NCBI GenBank assembly: GCA_002256025.1
Contig: NKIB01000477.1
Location: 1-32,315 of the forward strand
Length of the DNA: 32,315 nucleotides
Source: Asterionella formosa
Taxonomy: Eukaryota
Reading direction: 5' to 3'
The translations under genes were made by a program, and so were the position numbers. Positions 1 through 10,536 of the stretch are shown in pieces; positions within the stretch are counted from its first letter, which is position 1; each line of letters begins with the position of its first letter. The notes beneath the pieces are model-generated. The model had not been told where the DNA came from. It did no database searches and worked only from the letters and a program-made list of their open reading frames with translations.

Positions 1-85
1 ATCATATTCTTCTCGACTCCTTGTAAATTACATACCGGTACTCCACATTGCATTTCTTGTTTTGAGAATCGAGTCATTATTTTCG

Positions 86-1514
86 ATGAAGATCAACGAA
101 ACATCGACAGGCCATGCACAGCAAGCGTTAACAACAGTGTTTGTTGATGCTTCGACCAGCTTTTCCTCATCTCATGAGAAGTCTTCACTCACCTTCGCTT
201 CGGCCATTACATGCCTTGCTCCAGGATCAATTGGCGGTACGTTCTTCGTTCCTGTTTGCATTCTTAGACTCTTCATATTCACGGCCTTGCCAAGTGGAAG
301 TAGAGTTCGACGAATCCTTATGGGACACAGATGGCTGTGGCGACCATCGATCCAACCTCTGCATTGGTTGCATCATGGCAAAAAATGCTGGTCCATCACC
401 TTGATGGCAGTTGTTGGCCTTGCTCTTCCCGGGATCGTCTGCCTGACAACACGAAGTTCTGGTGCAAGTATCCTTTTACACAACTATATGCCGCGATTCA
501 AAATTCCTGCAACGCAGGGGAGTTGTCTTGCCGTTCGCTGAGTATCGGAAGGACGAATACTGCATTCTGCGGACATTTTCCCTCATTACCGGTACTTCAT
601 TTATGTAATTCCGATATTATTACTTTTTCCTACTCTCGCGAACTAACGGAAGACAACTTTCTTCTTCAGGCATTTGCAATGTTTGCGTCGGTCACCCTCT
701 CGATTTGATCAAGGTTCAAATGCAAGCTGGCCCATTATGTCAAACTAGTTTGGCACAAGCAGCAGGAGCTCAAGTCCGAGCTTTCCAGCCGTCAACCTTG
801 AGTATTCTACGCAACATTTTTGTCACAGATGGATTTGCCGGGGTTTACAGAGGGGTCTCGGCTCCACTGGTTGCTGTAGTTCCTGCCTTCGCCGTGACAT
901 TTTGGTCCTACGATGTTGCCAAGTCAACGCTATTAAAAAGAGATGGAACTGATCAACTTTCCATAAAACAGACAATTCTTGCCGGCGGATTCTCAGGGAT
1001 CCCGCTTGCTGCCATTGTTGGGCCTTCCGAGAGAATCAAATGTTTGATGCAAGTGGATAAACGGAAATACAGTAGCTTCTCAGACTGCGCAAAACAGGTA
1101 TATCAGGATGGTGGTCTCAGAAGCCTCTATAGAGGGACCGGCGCAACTATGATGCGAGACGTTCCTGGTAATGCAGCCTACTTTGCATGCTATGAATTTT
1201 CCAAAAGACTTCTGTGCGGAATGGAAGGTACCGAAACTGCCTCGCTTCCAGCAATATTCATGGCTGGAGGCATGGCTGGTGTTGCCAATTGGATCATTGC
1301 CATTCCCTTTGATGTTGTGAAGTCGCGCTACCAAACAGCACCCTCCGGCAAATACCGAAACTTGCTGGATGTGCTGCTTACTCTCATTAACAAGGAGGGC
1401 GTTGGGGCCTTATTTCGGGGACTTTCCCCAGCACTTCTTCGAGCATTTCCTGCTAACGCTGCTTGCCTTGCGGGTGTAGAGACTGCCAACTCATTGGTTG
1501 CCATGGTGCAATAG
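86..1514 (+). CDS. Mitochondrial carrier family (SLC25) protein, carnitine/acylcarnitine carrier-like; exons 86-236, 670-1514 (331 aa)
   Basis: Splicing GTACGT(237)..CTAAC..TTCAG(669) restores GSIGGICNVCVGHPLDLIKVQMQ. Three Px[D/E]xx[K/R] signature repeats are present (PLDLIK, PSERIK, PFDVVK), plus RDVPG and RAFPANAA typical of the SLC25A20/CAC subfamily. Confidence 0.88.
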
Positions 1515-1713
1515 TACCAACCATGGGTAACTTTCATTGTAGCGATAATATGTGCTGTCGAATCTAGCATTATTGTGTTAAGTTATCATAGAAAATCGTG
1601 GCGAAATGCAAGCGTTTATGTCATGGGCACATTCTGGTTGGTTTACAAAGTTGCCCAGAGCGACTTTTCAGAAATTGGAAGTCTGATAATTTTACATATA
1701 CTTCCATAAATAC

Positions 1714-2017
1714 AACTCTAGGATAAATGTTCCTCTAGTAAAACAAAAGTAGAGACAGGGAGTGACTCGCGGCCATTACTGGAGCAATGTTACTCTTCAG
1801 TGGAAATTGACAATTCATATATATAACTCTAGGATAACTCTTCCTCTAAAACAAAAGTAGAGACAGGGAGTGACTCTCGGCCAGTACTGGAGCAATGCTA
1901 GTTCTCCCAGTGGAAATTGACGATTCAAAAATTCAACTCTAGGATAACTGTTCCTCTAAAACAAAAGTAGAGACAGGGAATGACTCACGGCCATTATTGG
2001 AGCAATGCTAATTCTCC
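1714..2017. repeat. Tandem repeat, ~110-bp unit, about 2.7 copies
   Basis: Unit AACTCTAGGATAA..TTCCTCTA(GT)AAACAAAAGTAGAGACAGGGA.TGACTC..GGCCA.TA.TGGAGCAATG.TA..TC..CAGTGGAAATTGAC.ATTCA starts at 1714, 1825 and 1935; the third copy is truncated. Confidence 0.93.
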
Positions 2018-2947
2018 TAACATTTTGTTAGATTAACATGGTGTGGCTGTCTTCACGGCGAACGAGCTAATTACCGGTATTCGATTACCCGGTATCAGTG
2101 CTAGCTGATGGTTGCAGGCGTAGTTCTACCACGACTCGACACGGTTAAAAAGGGCGCAATGGCTTAAATCATAGTCACGTGAATGAATAACAAGTACTTG
2201 GAGTACTCCGGAGTATTTATCATGATGCCGAGGAGAAATTGGAAGCCGACCTGATTCCCACCAGTTTTTGTCAGTTCAGTCGGATTGTGGACACCTCAAA
2301 GAATCTTAACCCCCAATTAAAGTGACATAAAGTAATAATGGTACCGGTATACGGGTACCTGCATATCATATAATTTAAAAAATGATAAAGTCAAAGTCCA
2401 CAGTCATTTGGACCGAACTTCACGGTAGAGGCCTTCTGATCCGCCTAAAATATATAAGTAAAAGCAAAGGACTACCGGTATTATTAAGAACACCAACATC
2501 GAATCGAATTAACGGAATCAGGGACCACTACATTTCATGTACCGGTACTTACTGCTGGAATAAATCTCATGGAGTTCTTCTTAGCAAAAACCCAACCACA
2601 GCATTCGAGATTCCTTCGTTTCAACGGTTGCTCATCGCTTCGGTCGTGTTTCTGCATCGCGCTGCATGATGATCTCGAACGTTTTCTTGGTATTTTGCTT
2701 CGCCGGCGAGGTCTGCATGTTGCGGTCATTTTCCTAAACCAATTTAATCCGGGATAAAGATAGCTAAATCTTTAGTTCAGCAAAATTTCCTCAACTTGCA
2801 GGAGGTGGTCGTTGTGCATTCCCACACGAGTTTTGTGGTCGTTTCTTTAATTTTAATGAAATACATGTCCCTCAATAGCCACCAGCATACCGGTACGGAA
2901 TACCAGAACAGTATAGTCTTCCGGTGCAACATTGGATACTAGTTACC

Positions 2948-4186
2948 ATGGCATGCAAGTATCTGATTTTCTTTTTACTGGTCGCGTTGCTTAAGCCAGC
3001 AAACATTCACTGTCAAAGTTTCAGTTCAACGACAGCAACACACATGTTCCAGAAATCAGAGGGCGCTGAATTCGCAATGTGCGGTGATTGCTTCTGCATC
3101 CCAGATCAAGGCAACGACACATGCCCAAATGCCTTGAAACCCAAAACGAACTTTACTGACAACGAGATTGCACTGATGCAGTCGCAAGTTGCACGGAATC
3201 CATACTCCTTGACCTGTAATCCATATAACGACGAAGTGATCTGTCAAACCACGCCACCACAGAACAAAACGTTGGTTGATTTGGGAGACGAAGCAGTGTG
3301 CGGTGTCCGCTACAAAGAGAAAGACAAGGGTTTAGATTTATCCGAACACAGGGGCATACCTAGTGGCGAAGCAGTACCCCGGTGCCCTTCAGAGTATGAT
3401 CTTATCAGTTACCATTCTGTCCAAAGTGCTTTGGACGACGGGTCACAAATAACACATGCAGGAGGTAAGTCCATAACTTGTGCTTGGATTTGTACAAAAT
3501 GTCACAAGTTGAATCTTCGTAAAAAACAACTGTTTTTTGTTCATCGATGAGACTCTATTGGATTTCAACGAGGATTATCTTCACTTTGGGATAAATATTT
3601 AGGAAAAAACACCATCTCAATTGATGATTTTGTTCGAAACAGCTTGCGGTGTCTGCTCCACCCTTCAGGATCTTGCTGCATACATTGTGCATACTGATTT
3701 AACCAAAATTGGGACTATTTGTGATGCGGAAGCCTTGATTGACTTCGACAGGGGAATAAAGTGCTTCCTGCGATTTGGTTTCACTCATGTAAGTGCGACA
3801 ATTATACTTTTCCTTAAACCAAATATACTATCTGACTTACATCTACATACTTGACGATTTTAAATATGTGAAAGGAATGCTCCAAAATGTGGATCTATGA
3901 TGGTTTCAAGACCCGACAAAATTGTTTTCGCCCTTGCCTTTATAAAACAATCTACAGCGAGCCCAATAATGATCCTCCTCCTCTATGCAAGCTGAATCCT
4001 TGCCTTCAATGCGATGAAGACATCAGCGGACCAATTTTCAAGAAATTTGCGGCAAGAACCAGGAGGAGGAGTGGTTTACTCAGTCAAATTGTGAGACCTT
4101 GTTCTGCTTTGGTCAATTATTCAGTACACCAACCTTGTCCTATACAAGCAATACAAACACAAAACAGCGAGTTAAAAAGGTGGTGA
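2948..4186 (+). CDS. Secreted cysteine-rich protein of unknown function; exons 2948-3464, 3643-3788, 3875-4186
   Basis: Signal peptide MACKYLIFFLLVALLKPANIHC. Introns 3465-3642 (GTAAGT..ACAG) and 3789-3874 (GTAAGT..AAAG) join three ORFs in frame (THAG|ACGVCSTLQDL; GFTH|ECSKMWIYD). Many Cys; C-terminal CKLNPCLQCDEDISGPIFKKFAARTRRRSGL. Confidence 0.82.
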
Positions 4187-4387
4187 TATTTAAGGAATAA
4201 CTTTTTAGAACTCTCGTCGACTTGTTCATCCCTTGCTGATCCTACAAATGCTGTGTGCTAGTGATTCATTTTTCTTTAGCTTGAACAGGGTACCAGGTAC
4301 ACTAGGTAACTGGACAATGACCTCTCACCTCGCTCGTCTCCTTTCAGATCGTGCTAAATCAAACAAGTAATTAAACTTTTGACTGTC

Positions 4388-4437
4388 AAGAATATTAAAA
4401 CAATTATAAATAAAGAATATTAAAACAATTATAAATA
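4388..4437. repeat. 25-bp tandem duplication
   Basis: AAGAATATTAAAACAATTATAAATA occurs twice head-to-tail between two convergent genes. Confidence 0.85.
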
Positions 4438-4615
4438 AGAATAAATTACTGGATCTCTCCTTAGAGACCACTTCTTCGTTCAGGATTCGCTGAGAAAGCG
4501 CTTCCTAAAGTCGGTTTTGCTGTGAAGGTCCACAAGAGGATGCTGTCAATTCGGTTTGGTTTGTTCTGTCGCTAGACCTTGCATTTCTTGTACTGAGTTG
4601 TGCTCCTTGCGAGAC

Positions 4616-5182
4616 TTAAATACATTGAACGATGCCGAATGTGATACGGAGCTGTTCAGATGACTGCTCAATTGAGGAAATAATGTCGTTGATAGAAGGT
4701 CGACGCTCGTATTCAGCAGTAGCTTTATCCGTCTTGAGATTAAGGCATGACCTTGATTCTTGAGTGCGTTTCATTGACTTTGCAAGTTTCATGTAAGCAA
4801 CTCGGAATGATGCATCGATGAAGGGTGACTGTTCTTGGTGAGCCGGAAGCTCAGATGTCAAAGGAGGAGAAAGAATCGTCAAATTATCCATGCCGTCGAT
4901 ATTCATGGAGAAAACACTTTGCGAAGTGACAGGAGAAGCACAGTGCCCAAAAATCTCGTCAGAAAGGAAGTCAGAGCCAATTTGCTCGTCAACTTCCATG
5001 ATTTCCATGTCATAATCATCGTTGTCACAAATGGATTCCTCATCTGTGGTCCATTCCTCGAGGACTTTGTTTACTGCCTTGCTGCTTGAGGAGGGAAGGA
5101 TCTCTTCGTCATCCATAATATTGCACATGTTGTCCCATTCTGAATCGATGGTGAGCATGGTGGAATATAAAAGTGGAGACAT
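4616..5182 (-). CDS. Hypothetical acidic, largely disordered protein with C-terminal helical motif
   Basis: Open 188-aa frame from ATG 5182, D/E-rich N-half, C-terminal KLAKSMKRTQESRSCL and IISSIEQSSEQLR helices. Probable 5'UTR intron 5198-5299 (GTATGT..TTCAG on the minus strand). Confidence 0.62.
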   Translation of the reverse strand: MSPLLYSTMLTIDSEWDNMCNIMDDEEILPSSSSKAVNKVLEEWTTDEESICDNDDYDMEIMEVDEQIGSDFLSDEIFGHCASPVTSQSVFSMNIDGMDNLTILSPPLTSELPAHQEQSPFIDASFRVAYMKLAKSMKRTQESRSCLNLKTDKATAEYERRPSINDIISSIEQSSEQLRITFGIVQCI

Positions 5183-6659
5183 TATTCGGAGCACAACCTG
5201 AATGAAGCACGAAAATTATGAGATGCGATTTCGGTTTTTGTGTGGTCTGATCATACGTACATACATTGCTTCTCGTGGAACAAAAGACGTACAACATACC
5301 GGTATTCCGGTAGTTGATCGGGATGATAAACTTGTTGGTTAGAATTGATAAATCCTGCTTTGGGAGAAAAGACCGACATTTGGGATCGTCATCCGCTTGC
5401 AGTCCGGTTTTTCACCCAATTAACATGTAGAAACTGTTTGAACACATGAAGTCTACAGTACTGGTAGTCGGGATCAAATAATTGCCAAATGTCGGGGTAT
5501 TAATCGTGTTTGTTCACATCATTTATTGTATTTACTATGACTTCCTGCTGAACGGTGTCCGAAAAGGCAAACCACGGAACATCATATATTTCACGTTCAG
5601 ACTGAGTTGTTCATACCAACTGATCAATAAATAACCAATTTACATATTAGTAACAATGACAGGTTTGTATCTAAATGAATTTCGCGCAACAAATGAACAT
5701 GGCATTCCAAATCCATTTAACACATACAATTCACCGTCCTATTTAGGTACCGGTACTAGCCAGCAATTCAATATCTACTTTTGATTTCGTTAGAAGCAGC
5801 ATTTCTTTCTGTCCCAACGTCAGCTCGTGAATGACCCCGACAGTATTTTAATAGGGTACCAGGTACCATTACCTGGTACTATCAGGTAGCAGTTACATTC
5901 ACAACGATGGGTATGGTACCATGCCAGGTACGTGGTACCGTATGCAACACACGACACGAACGACTAACTGGTACCGGTACCACAGGCATGGTACAAGTGC
6001 CATATTTCGAGCACAAACTAATACCCGGTACCAGATACAGCACTCCCCCTCGTATGTACGAGAATCCAGGGGGTGGATACCATTGCTGTATGTCTTGTTT
6101 AGCACAAAAGAAAGATTGACCTTGGCTCCCCTGTATACACGTATACCGGTAGTTGTCAACAGCATGACCCAATCTATGTCCCGAATGATGATTTATCCAC
6201 TTCGTCCAAGGATGCGAGCTCCAAAGCCGGCATATGGCATGATATGACCCGAGCTATGTCCCTGCTCGATTTATCGCCTTCTCGAGAATTCTGTCGTATG
6301 TTCCTCTCGGTGTAATTCTTGATTGTGACCTGGGTGGGTGTGGGTAGGGGTGCTGAGAAAGAAAAACAAAGAGTATTCCGGTACGGTAGATAGTGGGAGA
6401 AAGAATCAGAACGCACCCGGATATAAGCCAGCGAAGGTTCGGAAATTGAGAAGGTTAGCTATAATTTTCTAGAAGTAGACCGTCTTCTTCGGACCTTTCA
6501 AAGCCGGGAGCAATGTACCGGTATGTGTTCTCTTTCTACATATATATCGTGTATTGTCTAGTCCAATCAGACCACCGGCACATAAGGTTGCGGCCCCGCT
6601 TAATGGTACACATTGCGAGGTCTGTATCTTCCCAAAATATTCTTATGATGTACATAAAT

Positions 6660-9600
6660 TCCAAACCATAGAGCATCTGTCTTTAAGTCATTTCAGCTGA
6701 ATTTTTTATTCAGCTGAAATGATATGAGCACTGAAAATCTGGAGAATAATTTTGTTCTTTAAATGAAATTAGGTGGAAGTATATATATTTGTGACACAAG
6801 CCTGGGGAATCACTTACTAGTTGGTTAGCTCACCTTCCGGGGTGGCTGGTACGATTCCCACATTCTCCACCTGCTTTGTTTATGTGATCCCTTGGGTTCT
6901 GGGTGGTGAGGCAGACAACAAGCAGGTCTAAGGCCCTCTGGGGGGCCAAGTGTGACAGTACAACCTCCAGCACAATTGTCAAGTTCTTTAACAATAGCAT
7001 ACAATAAAATGTACTTCATTATTTTTATTTGTGACACAGGCCTCATGATTCATCAAATGTAAATTTTGTGTAATTTTTATTTCACCCCAAAACCCCCCTT
7101 TCTCTATCAAAGCTTAGATTCATTTAGATAGCAGCAGGATGATTAAGTGATCAGATGCTTCCCTATAGCCACGCACATGTACGTACTACATGTAGTGAAT
7201 CTTCAATAGAAGTCAATGCACAACCAAATCTATTGATTGTTTGCAGTCATTCATCTTGTACTTGTATACCGGAAAGCACCTCTGATTTAACATGAGTTCT
7301 TCAAAGAAGAAGAATCCCAATGAAGACAGTATAGACAAAGTGTAAGTGGTGAGTGAATTCTCATACGTTTCTGCCTCTTCATCCAATGATGGCAAAGCCA
7401 CTGTCAACTGCTGTGGTGGTGCACAGAGAATGAGAGAATCCTTTCGCACGCATTTCAACGCTGTAGCTTTTTGGTATTTAAATGAAAACGCGGCTGCAGG
7501 TATATGAAACCGTTTTTTGGGATTGAATTTGATCCCATTACGCCAGACACCAGGGGGGCAACATCTGCAGGTGCACAACTATCCAAGAGCGCATGGATGT
7601 GACAGTTAGCAGTATATTCCATGCTGTTGTGGAATCCATGTATGACTTCTCTCTCAATCCCAGTGACCCCAATGACTCTGTCTCAATGGATTTGACATTG
7701 TCACGGGTTGACAATGTCTGTGACACCACTTAAAATTTTGGAAGGACCTGATGTTAGCGAGAGTGTTCAAGCTCAATCTACAAATTATTATGAGGAAACC
7801 AGTGCGTGACAATGAATAGCAGCAGCCGTGATGACGAAAAACATGAGAGAAAAGAGCAGTCTTTCCATGTGTACTGGCGCAGTATTTGAAGTTTTGCATC
7901 AAAGCAACAATGATCTCAGCAATCACTTGTTTCAACAGCTACAGCTAGATTGTGGCACAGACAACTTGCTGCCGTCTTCTTCAACAGGCAAATCAGTCAT
8001 AGGCTCAGACAACATGCTGCAATCTTCTGCCAATTGCAAGTAACTCAGAAGAAGAGGAGCGGGATGGTGATTGTACAAGTTATGAAAACATTGCAATTCC
8101 TCCACAAAAAAGAAATAGGAAGATGAGAAGAAGAAAAAGAAGAAATGCCTTATAAGTTAAAGAAGCATTGGAATTAGGTGAAGGGTCAATTCATATTTGG
8201 GAAAGACAAAAATTCGAAAGGCTATATCCCACACTCAATTGCATTTCATGTTGCTTTTCAGGATACCATTTAATCACATTTTGCAAGGAAACATTCTAAT
8301 ATAAATGTGAGAATACCAATGCCTGGTATGAAACTGATTTTATATCAAGTTTTGCAGCACTGCTCGCTCACAAGAACCATGTTGGTTCCATTTCAACTTT
8401 TTCATTGTCTGTTACCGATGGAAAAAGTAGAATCGCAAATGTGCAAGAAATAATGTAAGAAGGGTTGCAAGAGTTTTTCATGGCTGGTAATGATCATTTT
8501 GCAGTGATTCAGAGCAAGCTTGACACTTATGTCATAACAATTCATGATGGCCTCAATCTTGGCCTTAACAACTGGCTCCACCAAATCACCGATGTGCTGA
8601 AATGGACAAAACTAAATGGATGGATTTATTTATTTGCCAACTTTCGCTCCATTCCAATGGTAAAACAGAATTTGAGCTGTTTACAGATGTGGATAGCTGG
8701 ATCATTTCAAAGTCAATCATTGTACATCAAAAAGTTGGGTATAATTGTGGCCCGATGGCTTGAATTGTCCTGGGTTAGATTTTTGAACCAGAAATTGTAA
8801 ACATATCAGCTATTTCTCCACATAACTATCTCTCCTTTGTTGTAACAATGTTCAAGGAAATGGTTAATCAATTCAATACTGAATTGATCTTACCAAGTGA
8901 CCTACATGATACAATTTCAATGACACAGCAAGTGAATACTGAGCAAGTGGATATTGATGGTGAACTGATGGTAAATGAAATGGAAGCAATGAAAATATTT
9001 CTTGGGAATGAGAACAGATATGCACAATATGCTATGGAAAGAGCAGTTAAAGAAACAAATATGAAATCAAAGAAAAATGCAAGACAAAAACATGCACAAT
9101 ATGTTAAAGCACAACGACAGAAGGATCAAAGCAAAAAAGTGAAAGGCAGACATATGCAGTCAAAGCGAAAGGCAACTATTGGATCTATAGTTACCACAAT
9201 TGAAATGGACTACAGAGATGTAAGCAACCCACATGTAATTCCTGCCATTGTCGTTGCCCTATCTACAAACAAACCTGGACAAGGAATACAAGCAGTAACT
9301 GATATTGGCATTATATGTTCTGGAAATGGAAATTAGAATATGCACTTTATTCCTCAAGAAGAAAGATACACTATCATCCATATGAGGAGGCAGTCATTTT
9401 ACCATGTTTGAATGAAAATAGACAAGGGTTTACTTGATGGAACTTTTGCTTGTGAGAAGTTTTGAAAAGCGCTGATTCAGCAGATTTGACTAGCAAATTC
9501 TGCTGATTTGAATTTCATCAGATATGACATAACACATAGACACTCATTTGTGAGATATAGTAACAGAACTGAATTCAGGACAAGATGGCGTAAATAGGGG

Positions 9601-9720
9601 CACATGATTGCCAAATAATTGACCCAGGTACTAGTTTTACTTTTTTTTTCAAATACCTTGAAAGGGGAAAGTTGCTTCAGTGCGTATCTCCAAACCTCGT
9701 GGAATTCTGAAAAATGATGA
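6660..9720 (+). mobile_element. Decayed transposon-like element carrying a disrupted Ulp1/SENP-like (C48) protease
   Basis: Motifs NAWYETDFISSFA (8318), NDHFAV..ITIHDGLN (~8490-8555) and QKVGYNCGPMA* (8728-8763) are broken by stops and frameshifts. The region is AT-rich and CpG-poor, with hairpins near both ends. Boundaries are approximate. Confidence 0.55.
6688..6722. repeat. Perfect 15-bp inverted repeat (hairpin)
   Basis: TCATTTCAGCTGAAT-TTTTT-ATTCAGCTGAAATGA; each arm contains the palindrome TTCAGCTGAA. Confidence 0.9.
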
Positions 9721-9744
9721 TGTGATTATTGTTCTGAACTTGGC

Positions 9745-10460
9745 CTAACAACCTAGTGGCTTTGTCAAAACATCAGCTAAATTTTCGTCTGATCGCAAGT
9801 TTCGAAAACGAACAATTCCAGCTGCTTTTGCTTCCCTGACTCTGTGGTATGCCATTGCATTATGTTTTTTCTTCAACATGCTGGGAGGCATTGTGGTGTT
9901 AAACACAGTGCTTCGGTTATCACCTAACATTAATGCTGGTCCAATGAAAGGGACATCAAGCATCTTTAAGTTGTACCAAATCTCAATAGCGATTTCCGTT
10001 GCGATGCAAGCAGTGACCAACTTGGAGCCATATGTAGAATAATCTAATGTCTTTTGATTTTGGGATGTCCATTAAATGGGTGTGTTGTTCACAAACAATA
10101 AGATTCCAGTAACAGAATGCAGAATAAGCTGGTCATGTGTGCATGGTTGGCATCAATGAACACAGTAATCCGTACATTGTTCCCTTTTGACTGTGGCCTA
10201 TAATGGGGTATCTCTTTGGAGGCATTTGGTAAAAATCTCAACAGTTATCTGCTGTCTCCATCAAATACATAGACCAATCTCTCATGTTTGGATCAATGAT
10301 GATGCATCCTTTGTGACATGTCTTTAGGTATCCCATAACCCTTTTCGTGGTCTCGAAGTGCCCTTCTTGGGGTACCATAGAATATCTACTCAAGGCATAT
10401 ATTTCATAGCTGATGTCAAAAAAAGCAAGCAATGACCTGCCCTGGCAACACCCTCCACAG
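9745..10460 (-). mobile_element. Ty1/Copia (CoDi-like) LTR retrotransposon relic: RT C-terminus and RNase H
   Basis: FDISYEIYALSRYSMVPQEGHF..KRVMGYLK; SVTGILLFVNNTPI; STYGS; MLGDNRSTVFNTTMPPSMLKKKHNAMAYHRVRE..NLADVLTKPL. Frameshifts and stops are present; no LTRs were seen. Confidence 0.92.
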
Positions 10461-10536
10461 CGGCATTCATGTCATCGAAACCACAAACTTACATACAGCT
10501 ATAGTCATGAGTTACAATAAATTCCTAATTTTGGTC

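Noticed and set aside
62..708. ORFs 62-541, 141-404 and 331-708 as independent genes
   Set aside because: They are explained by exon 1 and the intron of the mitochondrial carrier gene.
1844..1962. GTTTTAGAG (minus strand) in the tandem repeat resembles a type II CRISPR repeat start
   Set aside because: The whole 110-bp unit is repeated with no unique spacers, there are no cas genes, and the context is eukaryotic.
5882..6416. Cluster of short overlapping ORFs (also 18552-19244, 21996-22471, 23896-24492)
   Set aside because: They arise from stop-poor GGTACC-rich or ordinary intergenic DNA, with no recognisable motifs or splice support.
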